This document shows, one piece after another, positions 1 through 11,420 of a DNA stretch of 64,000 bases. The notes beneath the pieces are model-generated. The model worked only from the letters and a program-made list of their open reading frames with translations. It had not been told where the DNA came from and searched no databases. The DNA lies in assembly GCA_016748015.1 (NCBI GenBank), contig JAAOMT010000762.1, forward strand, positions 1 through 64,000. The letters run 5' to 3'. The translations under genes and the position numbers were made by a program. Numbering within the stretch: position 1 is the first letter of the stretch; each line of letters begins with the position of its first letter. The DNA is from Geosiphon pyriformis uo1. Its lineage: Eukaryota > Fungi > Glomeromycota.

Positions 1-268
1 TATTTAGTGTTCTATTTTGTATCAAATCTGTACTTAAGAAGTATACTGGTAAGTTTGGGAAATTTTAAAAAAGCTTATCAATTTCATAACATCTATAACA
101 TGTGTTGGCATTTGTTACAAGTTTTATTAGATAAATTTTATATATATGTAATGGAAAATAATTTTCATTGCAAATAAAACATTTAATTAAAGTTTATTGT
201 TTAAAAAATTATATATTAATTTTAAATTAAAAAATAAAATTGCATAATTTTAAATAATAATATTTATT

Positions 269-317
<49 letters not shown>

Positions 318-343
318 ATTATTATAATAATATATTATTTATT

Positions 344-442
<99 letters not shown>

Positions 443-3400
443 CTTTAATAAAATGTAATTCTTTTATTATTTATTTAATTAACAAAATATTATAATTGTA
501 AATGTAAATTATGCAATTTTAAAATGTAATCAGTTATTTAAACTCTTGTCAAAACATTATTATGTTAATTAAAAAATGAAAACCATTCTTATAATACTTA
601 TTTTAACTTAAATTTTTGTTATAAAGATCTAAATTATATAATTATTAGCAATATTATTAATATTTAATCTAATATTAAAATTTTACAAGTTTTAAATTTT
701 ATTTTTTTTATTAATTTAATAATTTAATTAGTATTTAATACAACAATTAAGTATTTTAAATTAAATATAATTGATGCTTTTTCTATATACAACTAGTTAT
801 TTGGCCAATTAAAACAATATTATATAAATAAAATAATTAAAACAAATTTATTAAGTTTATTAAAACAATTTTAAACCAAAATATAAAATAAAGTTTTTTT
901 AATATCAAGTAATTATACTATATTTTTAAACAAAAATATTAAAAAACCACTAATATTAATTAGCATAAAATTATCAAAAATAACAAATTATTTTTTTTTA
1001 TATTAATTTAAGTTTAATATTAAACAACCAAATATAATTTTTATATTTTAATTATAAAATTATATATAAACTCAATTAAAATTAATGTTGTTTTTTATTA
1101 TTATTAAAAATAAACAAAGTTTTTATAAACCAATTTTTGAAAATAAAACTTTTACATAAAAACATATATATAAATTAATATTATTAGCATAATTTACCAA
1201 AAATTAAAATATTTTAAATAAATTTATAATTTTTTTAATTATATATTATTAAATTATATATTATAGTTTTTTTAATATATTTAATACCAATTAGTTTTAA
1301 TTTAAATATTAATTAGTTTTTTATAAGTTTTTTAATTTTTATTACATAATATTATTATTATATTTGTTAAATTATTAAATAAGTTTCTTTTTTACTTTTA
1401 ATTTTAATAAACAAAGTCTAAACACAATTTAATATTATTTATTAAATTAAGTAATTTAAATTAACTGTAAATTATATATTATTTATATATAACCAGTTAT
1501 TTAAGTCAATTAAAACAACATTATATTAAATCAAAAAAATTGAAAATAAACTTAAATCATTAATTTTCTTAATAATATTATTTAAATTTTTAGAATTAAA
1601 AATAAATTCACTAAAAAAGAACTTATTTGTTTTAATATTATTCTTAATATTAGAGCTTAACATATATTATATATGCTTAATAGTATCTTTTTTAAAAAAA
1701 AAACCTAGCAATTAGTATTTTATTATAGTTTATATTACTAAAATTTATTTTAGATCTAATATATACAAAGTTTTTAAAAATATTAACCAGAAAATTAGTA
1801 AAATTATTAGTAATATTTTTTATAAAAAGCAAATTTTTTTTATTTAAAGGTTTTTGTTTGCATTTTCATTTAAAAAATAGTAATCAAAATAAATAAAAAG
1901 TTAATAGACTTAATAACAAATTTTATTAAAACAGCCAAACTTAAGATTTAAGATTTCAAAAAATTTAATTTAGACTTAATAATAAAATTAACAGCAAAAA
2001 AAACAGCAAAAAAAGTAAAAGTTTTAGCAAAAACTTTTTTATTAACAAAAAAAACACAAAAAATTTAAAGTTAACAATAAACTTAATAAATAACTTAAAA
2101 AGAAAAGATGATAATATTTTGTAATTAACAGACAAGTAATCTAAACTTTAACATTTATAATAATAATAACATTTAAAAATTTCTTATCAAATATAATATT
2201 TATATAAAATACTAGTAATTATAATAACTGAATTTATCTTTAAATTATCTTCTATAATTTAAACTACTGGACTTATAAATGGAATGACCAATTTTATGTC
2301 AGTTACTTATGTAATTATTTTATGATAAAAGTCAATTTTTTTTCAAAAATTGATTATCTAAAAGTTTATTAAAATATGTAATTATTTTGCTATAAAAGTC
2401 AATTTTTCTACAGAAATTTTGTCTGTAAATTACCTTAATAATTATAATAAAATAAAATAAATAAATAAAAAAATGTAAAAAAAATAAAATTTTGTTAAGA
2501 AAATAGTATTTTATTTAAGCTTAAAATTATTAATAGATTATTAAATTAATAGCTAATTAATTTCAAAATATTAGTTAAGTTTTAAAAAATTTCAACTATA
2601 ATAGTTTTATGGAATTTGGTTTTTTAAAGTATTTTGATTTTATTGATTTATAAATTTAAACCTTTTTTTTGCTAAAATTTTGATAAACTAAAGATATATT
2701 TTGATAAACTACAAGTTATTTCTATAAACTATTAATTATTTTGGTAAACTATTAAGCTATTTTGTAAATTTTTACAAATTTTAGCAAATTTTTAAATTTT
2801 ATAGAGTTTAATATATTGTATAATCTAATTATTACATTTGTGTATTATACAAATCAGATTTTTAATTAAATAATAATATTTAATAATTTAATTAAATAAT
2901 AAGTAATAATTAAAACAATAATAATTTATGCTAATTAATAATTAAAATTTTACTGGTAATATAATCTTTTTCTTAAAACTAAGCTTTATTAAAGTCCAAA
3001 TACTATCTGTAATATCTAGATAATAATTCAAAATTATTGAAATAAATTGGTCTAAAAATTATTAAAATTTCAGTTTTATAAACTTGCCAATATATTAAAT
3101 CTTTATTAATTGAAATATTGAATTTTGTAGAATGTTTTTACAAATATTAAATAGATTATAAAGTCTTAAAGCTATTCTAAGTTTGTAGTAAATGTTTTTT
3201 GGTTTAGCTGTTGTCTTGAATTCATTGTATATTTTTTTTTATATAGCTTTGAAAGTGAAATTTATTGTTTCAAGTTTCAGTTTTCATTTATAAAAGGTTT
3301 TTCTGATGTAAAAATATTTATAAATAAAGATATATTTATTGTTTTATTCATTAAAACACAGTTGAAGTTTTTTGTTAAGTTGTGATATTTGTTAAAATAT

Positions 3401-3800
3401 TAATAAAAATGAATAAAAAATTTTCTTTTAAAGCTTGCTTTAAAAGTTTTGGTAAATGAATTCTAGAATAGCTTCTTGTGTTTTTTTTATAAAAATAATA
3501 ATTCTAAGAATTATTTACTACTGAAGCTATAATTTTTTTTTTAAATATAAATAATTTAACTTCCATTTATTGTTATAAATAAGTCAGAAAGTGTTTTCAA
3601 AATTAACATCAATTTTTGAAATATTTGTTGAATGTTTTAAAAAATAAGTATTATAAAATTTTAAAGAAAAAAAATATATAATAAAATTTTATAAAAGAAA
3701 AAAAAAATAAATAAAGAAATTATTTTTGATTATAAATATTTTTTGGTAATTATTTTACTATTTTTGTTTACATTTTTGTTTTATTTTAAAAAAATACTAA
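1..3800. other. Extremely AT-rich, ORF-free region, probably terminally decayed transposon relics
   Basis: No ORF >=60 aa; C and G scarce; weak degenerate direct repeats (~720-850 vs ~1425-1555; ~950-990 vs ~1175-1215); abuts a heavily AT-shifted LTR at 3801. Confidence 0.5.
262..441. repeat. (TTTA)n/(TTA)n microsatellite
   Basis: Direct tandem TTA/TTTA runs. Confidence 0.95.
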
Positions 3801-4480
3801 TATTATGATTAAAAACTATAGTTTTTATTAGTTATTATATATATTAGCCACTAATATTACATAATTAGCCACTCTATTTTTAGATAGTAATTATTGATCT
3901 GATTATTAACCACTTTTAATAGCTATATAAACAATGAGTCTTTTAACTGTAAAAATCAAATATAAGAAATAAAAAAAATAAAATAACAATTATCATCTTA
4001 ATTTTTCTTATATCACTTATTTCTACTTTCAAATATCTTAATATTTTGAGATAAAAAATTACTTGTTGACATTTACCTATTTTTTCTGATTTATATAATT
4101 GTAGCATTTGAAGATTATTGAATAAAAAATAACTGAAAAGTACATCTGATACCTGATATTGAATTTTAAAAGTGCTAATATAAAACATAAAATTATACCA
4201 ATATGTTATTATTTGTTAACAATATGAACTATTCTTCTATTTTCAAATTTTTTAGTTATCTTTTGAAAAAAATAGCAACTAAGATATTTTATAAGACTGA
4301 TTTTGTATATTGAATCCATATTTATTTAATTTGTTTTTTAAAGTTAAATTCTCTTTAATTAATTCTATTACTCTACAATTTTGTTCTTTTTTGTTATTCA
4401 TTAGCTTGTTATTTTAACTTATATCATAAAAGTAGTGCTCTTTATAAGATTGTTAAACATCTATTTATTTTCTATTGTAT
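3801..4480 (+). mobile_element. G0: highly degenerate Gypsy 5' LTR (3801-4426), PBS relic (4433-4451) and gag leader
   Basis: Colinear with LTR 18727-19389 with many C>T/G>A changes; followed by taaaag-tagtgctctttataagatt (decayed PBS) and the leader up to ttgtat, where the next LTR is inserted. Confidence 0.85.
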
Positions 4481-5159
4481 TGTTACAGGTTGAAGTAACA
4501 AGCTAACAAATAGCAAGGGAGAACAGGATTGTAAGGTAATGAAAGAAATTAAAGGGAATTCAACTTCAAAGAGTAAATTGAATAAGTATGGATTCAATGT
4601 GTAAAATCAGTCTCATAAAATATTTCAGTCACTATTCTTTTCAAGAATAACTGGAGAATCTGAAGGTAGAGGGATAGTCTGTACTGTCAACAAATAATCA
4701 TGCCTGATACAATTCTATGCTTCACATTAGGGCTCTTAGAATTCAATATCAGGTATCAGATGTACTTTTTAGTTACATTTTATTCAATAATCTTCAAATG
4801 TTGCAATTACACGTTTCAAGAAAAGGATAGAAAATAACCAACAAGTAATCTTTTATCTTTAAGATGTTCAGATACTTGAAAATAGGAAAAGGGAAATTAG
4901 TGATAAGAGAGAGATTGAAATAAAAATTGTTATTTTATTTATTTTATTTCCTTGATTTTTTTATGCATTTCTATAGCTAAGAGATTCATTGTTTATATAG
5001 TTGTCAAAAGTGGTCAATGATCAGATCAAAGACTAGGTCAATAATCAGGTCAATGATCAGGTCAATGATTATTTTCTAAAAATAGAGTGGCTAATTTATG
5101 TGACATCAATGGCTAATACATGTGATAATTATTAAGAAGTATAAGTTCTAACCATAACA
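4481..5159 (-). repeat. LTR (3' LTR of G1)
   Basis: tgttacaggttg...aaccataaca termini; adjacent purine tract on minus strand (ggagaagataa). Confidence 0.95.
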
Positions 5160-5783
5160 TTATCTTCTCCAAAGGGATTGAGCTCCAACAAAATCAAGCT
5201 ATTTATGGTATAATCTATTGGAAGGGTTTTATCTAACTCAAAGCTAACTAGTTTGTTGAAGTCTTTTGTGGATAAAATGTATAGCACTTGAGGTAAAATA
5301 AGCTTTGTATCCAAAAGACAAAATTTTTGTATAAAAATTTTGGTTCTTTTTGTAATAGTCAAAACTCTTGAACATCTAATCATATAATGCTTAAAATTTC
5401 CACTTGTATTTTAGAAGTTGTTTTTTTCATAAGCTTTATGTCTTCTATGATTTCACTAAGGTAATCATAGACTTTTAGTTGTCTTTCATATAACAAGTTT
5501 TTGTCTATGGGCAAGATTTTCTTAATCATTTTTCCAATTGTAATAGAAGATACAAGTATTGCTGCTATTATGCTTTTTAGCAGATACTTATCTATTTTGC
5601 TACCAATTCTTTCTCTTCTGGTAGTAGTTTTCTTTGGTCTGATAACAGTGTGTGTTTCACTATTATCAGTTATGGTGGTTTGTTTTCCAATAGTCAGAGT
5701 AGCATTTGAATAGTTTTTGATCCAATACTCATAGAGAGTATAGAAGACATTTTGAATGTTTTGATCCAGAAAATAATTGTTCA
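5132..5783 (-). pseudogene. Gypsy extra ORF (ORF3) downstream of integrase, unknown function
   Basis: MNNYFLDQNIQ...QVEILSII* then ...LLELNPFGEDNVMV; homologous to 30408-31085 and 45936-46592. Confidence 0.7.
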
Positions 5784-5827
5784 TGTCAATTAAAGATACC
5801 TCTGTTTTGGGAATGGTGCATTTATTT

Positions 5828-7585
5828 ATACTTGATTTTTGCTGATCATTTGAGTTGGTATTACCACAACAAACAACCAATCAGGTTGTTTATGATATTT
5901 TTTGAGTCATGTATCATGAACAAAATGATCATTAAAGATTGTTCTAGATTGATCTTAAAGAATATAAAAACCATTGTTCAAAACTTTGTTGACTATAAAA
6001 GGTCCTTTCCATTGGCTAGAAATTTATCATCATAAATATTGTCTCTGTCTGAATGGTATTCTAGTACCAAATTACCAACACTTAAAAAAAGTGTTTTATA
6101 GGTTTTTTTTTCTTAAGCTTTTTTTGAAACTGTTTTATCTTTTCAAAAGTAATTATTTATGCTTCTACTAAGGAGTCAAGAATGGTACCAAGTTTTCTTT
6201 GCAAAATGTCTTTGTAATTCCCTATTGTGATTTCTTCAAAGGGTATTGTTTCAATATCAGTTTCTATTGGTAAAGTTGCCATTCTTCCATAGAGCAGATA
6301 AAAAAGTTCATAACTTGTTATGTCATAATTTACAGTTCTATAAGCAAATAAGGCTGAAGGCAGTACTTTGTCCTATAGGTTTGTTTCTTCACTGGTTTTG
6401 GTTAAGGTTTTACATAGTGTTCTATTGAAACATTCTACTAGGCCATTTGTTTGAGAGTGGTAAGAGGAGAAAAGTTTATGACATATTCCCATTTTTCTGC
6501 AGAGTTCTTCAACCAGTGTACTGAGAAAAGCTCTTCCTCTATCAGATAAAAGTTCTTTGGAGCAGCCATAATGGCAAATGATATCTTTATAAATGAAATT
6601 GGCTATTGAGACTGCTGTTTGGTCTGAAGTGGCTCTTGCTTCTACTCACTTTGTGAGATAGTCAGTAGCTGTAATAATGTATCTGTTGCCATCAGGAGTT
6701 ATTGTTAAAGATCCAACAACATCTATACCAATTCTGTCAAATGGTTGACCAACAAAGATTAGATGGATATCTTTTTTGTGATTGGGTTTGCCTTTTTTTT
6801 GGCAAATGTTACAGGTTTTAATGTATTTAACAATGTTTTTTCTCAAGGTAGGCCAATAGTAATGAGCTAAAGTTTTCTGAATTGTTTTTGTTTTTCTAAA
6901 ATGTTCAGCTAATGGATTAGTATACATATTGTAGATTATAATTTCTCTTTCTTCAAATCTTATGACTCTTTGGGGGTGGTTAGAATTTTTTCTGTTTTTT
7001 TTATATAATCAGTTCTGGCAGATCAAATAGAAATTTAATTGTTTGCGTAAATGTTTTTTTTGTTGTTGAGTGTAGTCTGATGGGTATTGTCTTTTACCCA
7101 AAAATTCCATTAAGGCAGAATAGTTGTCCAAGTCCATTATTGTGTTTGTTTATGAGAGAGTTACTAATAATTAAGTTGGTTTGGTTTAAGAGGTTGTACT
7201 GTTACTAAATGGTAAGTCTAGAGAGAGTGTCAGTGTTTTGATGATTAGCTTCTTTGCAGTGTTGAATATTATAGTCGAATTCATTCAGATGGAGTATTCA
7301 GCAAGTTATCTATTTATGTTCCAGATTCTTTTTATTGCACAGCCAAACCAAGACTTGATGATCTGTTACTACTAGGAATTTGGCACCAAGAAAATATTGG
7401 TCCCAATAGCTAGTAGCCCAAACTACCACTAAGCATTTTTGTTCAGTTACTGAATAGTTCTTTTCTGCTGGTATGAGAGATTTACTGGCATATGCTATAG
7501 CATGTTCTCTGCCATCTTTATTTTTTTGTGAGAGTACAGCACCAAGTCTATAACCAGATGCATCAGTATAAAAGATAAAAGGTTG
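5828..7585 (-). pseudogene. pol: G1 pol: integrase and RNase H, disrupted
   Basis: HHCC region and FDRIGIDVVG..RYIITATDYLTK core; GPF motif; stop codons. Confidence 0.9.
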
Positions 7586-9864
7586 GAAAAAAAAAAACTC
7601 TTTCTCTCCTAAATTTCATGACCACAAATAGAGCTAAGAGTAAAAAAGTTGCAAACATTACTTTTCCTATAGTAACTAATAAAGTTTCAACACGAGAGGG
7701 TCTCTCTGTTATTAAAGCAGCTAGACAAAATGTTCTGGCAACATTTTCTTTAAAAAATAATAGTAATAAGCTGTCTTTAGCAGCTTCTGGTTCATTTTCT
7801 TGACCTTTGGCTGGTAGTTTTTCTCCAGTCAAAGTTCCTTTAAAAAGACACACTTGGGTTAGTTCCAATGTTGTCTCCACTACTTCAAAAAGCCCAAAGA
7901 TTTTTAATAACAGGCCAGTCAACAAGTTGGTCTTTCCTGCTCTCACCACTCCCACTATTACTTCTACTACTACTGCTTTACAAATGACTGTGAAAGCCAA
8001 AAATTCCAAAAAACAGCAGCAGGCAGTTGCAACTGCTATGGTTACACTGAACTCCAGATGAGATCTTCAGTAAGATCTTCACAGCAGCAGCCAGCCCTAT
8101 TCTTAATATGGATGGCAACAGTAGTGGCACATCTCCCAAGATGGGCCAAGATCAACTACTGGCTGTGTTGTCTGATGTGGTACTCTTCAGCAGATCATTG
8201 CCAATCCCAGTAGCAAAACAGTCCATCAATCCAGATGATCTCAAAGATTGGGCTGATCAAATAGAAATGGAATCAATGGTCCTCTTTTTAGTTTCTGGTG
8301 CATCTAATGCTGGTGCTTGGGTGAATGTGAGTGGACGTCAAAGGTTCTCTGGTTGGGTGGCCTCCAATCTTGTATCTGGTGGTATGTTTAAGATCAAGAT
8401 GGCTTTGCTCAGTTCTTTGTTTCAGTTGCTGCCTGGTTGTATTGGGCTTAAATCTGTTTCACGAGATGCTGTCAAGTTATTCTGTGTGGAATTTGCATCT
8501 CATAAGCATCTAAATGGTGCTACCAAAGTGGCCATTGGTGATGAGGTTTTTTTGACCACTTTTAAGATTGCACAATCTTCAGGAGTGGTTTCTGTTTTTT
8601 CCCCTTCTTTGTCAGTTGTATTGCGCAATGTACTCTTAGGTGCCTCTTCTGATGACATCAAATCTGCTCTTGGCATTTTTGGTGTTGTCACTTCTGTTAA
8701 GTTGAAGCCTGCTGGCTTATGGCAATATGCTGTGGTTAACTTTAAGAACATTTTTTCTGCTGCTGCTGCTCTCTCTAACTGGTCTGTGTTGGTCAGAAAA
8801 GATAGTGTTAGGATTCTTTCTATTGCCAACCAAAAGAAGGTTATCTCTTCAAGAGATGCTTTCAAAGCTAAGCTGGTTAATCTTCCGTTTGGCTGCACTG
8901 CATTTGAGATAAGTGATCTGGTCTCTCAAGTTGGTGGCCATATATGTTTCATTCCCTGCTCTCCTAATTCCTATCAACGTCAATGCTTTGCTGTTGGGAT
9001 CTTTGATTCCTTGGAATTTTTAAATGCTGCTGTTTCAAAAACTGGTACCTTATGTGGCTGCCGCATCTGGTGGGAAACTCCTGGATGTCGTCACTGCTAT
9101 AGATGTCAAAGTTTGGATCATTTGGCTGTGAACTGCAAGGTGTTGTCACCTCTTCCTCCCAAACTCTCTTCTAATTCTGCTGGTGGTCCTGTTTTTCTCA
9201 AGTCATCCCTTGTTGGAGCTAAATCCTATGCCAAAGCTGCCACCTCTGTGGTTCTTCTTGTTGCTGCTGCTGCTAATACGGGTCTGGCTTTCGGTACATT
9301 TCCCAAAGTTGTGGTGTCATTGTTGCCGGTTGCCTCCTCTGGTTCAGATGTTGCTGTTAATGCTAGATTGGCTTCTCTGGAAACCCAACTTAGTGAACTG
9401 ACTTTGTTGATCAAATCTATAGTTGAGCCTGTGGGTTCTTTGGTTGCATTGGTTACTATATTATTGTCTACTCCACCAGTTATGGCAGAGGCAATGAAGA
9501 AAAGTGTGATTGAATTGGGAAACCAAATTAAGGCTGTTCGTGCTGTGACTTCTGTGCTACAAAAGGAAGTGGGAGCCCTCAAGTTGAGGAGTGGGAAGGT
9601 ACACTATAACATATCTGATAATGAAGACATGGATGATAATGATGATGATGATGATGATAGTGATGCTAAAGATTTTTCGGGTAAGATGTATGAATTAAAT
9701 ATGTTTAATACATTAGGTAGCAAAGGTAGTACTAGCATGTAGTTAGGGCTTTCTGCTTGTGGTTAGCCACATCTTGTAATATGTATTATTGGGTGAGCTG
9801 GCTTTATGAAACTGCCACATTACTGTGGAATAACTAATAAATGACTAGTGTGGCTACATATTAA

Positions 9865-9894
<30 letters not shown>
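7586..9894 (+). mobile_element. B1: ORF1-only poly(A) retroposon (non-autonomous half-LINE)
   Basis: 5' GA(n)CTCTTTCTCTCC, single ORF, ~120-nt 3' UTR, poly(A); 15-bp TSD aaagataaaaggttg (7571-7585) / aaagataaaagattg (9895-9909). Confidence 0.9.
7618..9742 (+). pseudogene. B1 ORF1-like nucleic-acid-binding protein (2 RRM-like, CCHC knuckle, coiled coil, acidic tail)
   Basis: CYRCQSLDHLAVNC knuckle; RRM-like VVLRNV..FG.V..V..AVVNF and AKLVNLP; one stop, a frameshift and a C-terminal deletion. Confidence 0.85.
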
Positions 9895-9899
<5 letters not shown>

Positions 9900-11276
9900 T
9901 AAAAGATTGATTCAGGTCAGGTTGCTTAAGGATTGGTTCAATAACAAGTTTTTTTTTCAGGATTTCAAAGGCTTTTTGCTGGTGTGTGCTCCAGTGGTAA
10001 TTGACATTTTTCTTGAGTAGCTGGTTAAAAAAAAAAGCAATTTTGGAGAAATCTTTGATGAATTTGTGATAGTAAGAAGCTAAACCAAGAAAAAAGCATA
10101 GTTTAGAAACATTCATTGGTTGTCTAATGTTTTGAACTTTTTCAACTTTGGGTAGATCAGGGAAGATTCCATCTTTTGCAACAAGATGACCAAAGAACTG
10201 GGTGGATTGGTGTTCAAAAAAAGATTTGATTGGGTTGATCTTAAGACCAGTATTCCTGAGCAGGTCAAAAACCTTTTGCAAATGTTCAAGGTGTTCATCC
10301 CAGATTTTTGAGTATATCATTATATCATCCAAGTAAACTAGAACAAAGTTTTCTTTCACTGATTCAAACACCTTGTTCATTAGGCATTGAAAGGTGGAAG
10401 GAGCATTGGTGAGACCAAAAAGCATGATTGTGAATTCATAGGTGCCATACTTGGTGATAAAGACAGTTTTCTTTCTGCTTTCTGGATCCATCTCTACTTG
10501 CCAGAATCCAGCAGTTAGGTCAATAGTTGAGAAGAAAACAGCACCATTGAATTTATCTAGCATTGCATCAATTTTGGGGAGTGGGTACATATCTCTTATA
10601 GTAATGGCATTTAATTGGTAGTAGTCAACACAGAAGCATAGAGTTCCACTTTTCTTGAATACCACTACAACTGGGAAAGCTCATTCACTCTTGATTTCTT
10701 GTATGAATCCAAGGTCTTTCATTCTGTTTATTTCTTTCTTGATAAACTCATTATTATGACAATTGAATTAATAAGGCTTTAAATATATGAGGCGAGTTTC
10801 TCTGGTTGTGATGGTGTGTTGTATCATATGAGTTCGTCCAGAGGTATCACCTTCTTTTAAGATAACTGGGCTATTTCTAGCCAACAGATTTTCAATGTTC
10901 ACTTTTCTTTCTTCAGGGGAAGGTTCTCTTTGTTTTACAACTAGTAATTGGATTTCAGGTGGTTCATTCTCAAAGGACTTTTGTACTTCTTTAAGTTCTT
11001 CTCGAGGTATCAAGCTAATTGGTTTCCAATCTTTGTAGTAGATTAGACAGGATTTGCATTTATCACTTGGTGAATACAAAGGTTTATTACACCAGTACTA
11101 TGCACAAGGGCCATGCTACCAATAACTGTATTTTGCTTTCTTGCTTGGTTTTCTGTCAAAGGTTCTTCTGAGGACATCATAATAAGGCCAGCAGATTAGT
11201 TTGCCATTTATTATGATTCCTTCTTTGTCAGCTTTAACATTGTCCAGTGGCTTGCCATTGCTGGTAAAGATAGTGT
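9895..11276 (-). pseudogene. pol: G1 pol: reverse transcriptase and PR-RT spacer
   Basis: FCVDY..LN, YPLPKID, FSTIDLTAGFWQV, FGLTNAP, VYLDD. Confidence 0.95.
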
Positions 11277-11420
11277 TTTTTTTTTTTTTTTGTTAACATG
11301 TAGCCACACTGGTCTTTTATTAGTTTAGCCACACTTACAAAGCATGATCTTTTTATAAAGCCAACTCACCCAATAATCTAAATTACAAGATGCAGCTAAT
11401 CACTAAGTGGTTATGCCTAA

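Noticed and set aside
8500-9582. Long antisense ORFs over family B and LINE ORF1 (e.g. 8500-8898, 9226-9582, 18083-18622)
   Set aside because: Shadow frames of biased codon usage with no recognisable motifs.
9743-9748. TTAGGG after the B stop codon as a telomeric signal
   Set aside because: Single hexamer; the LINE has TTAGGC at the same place; no array.
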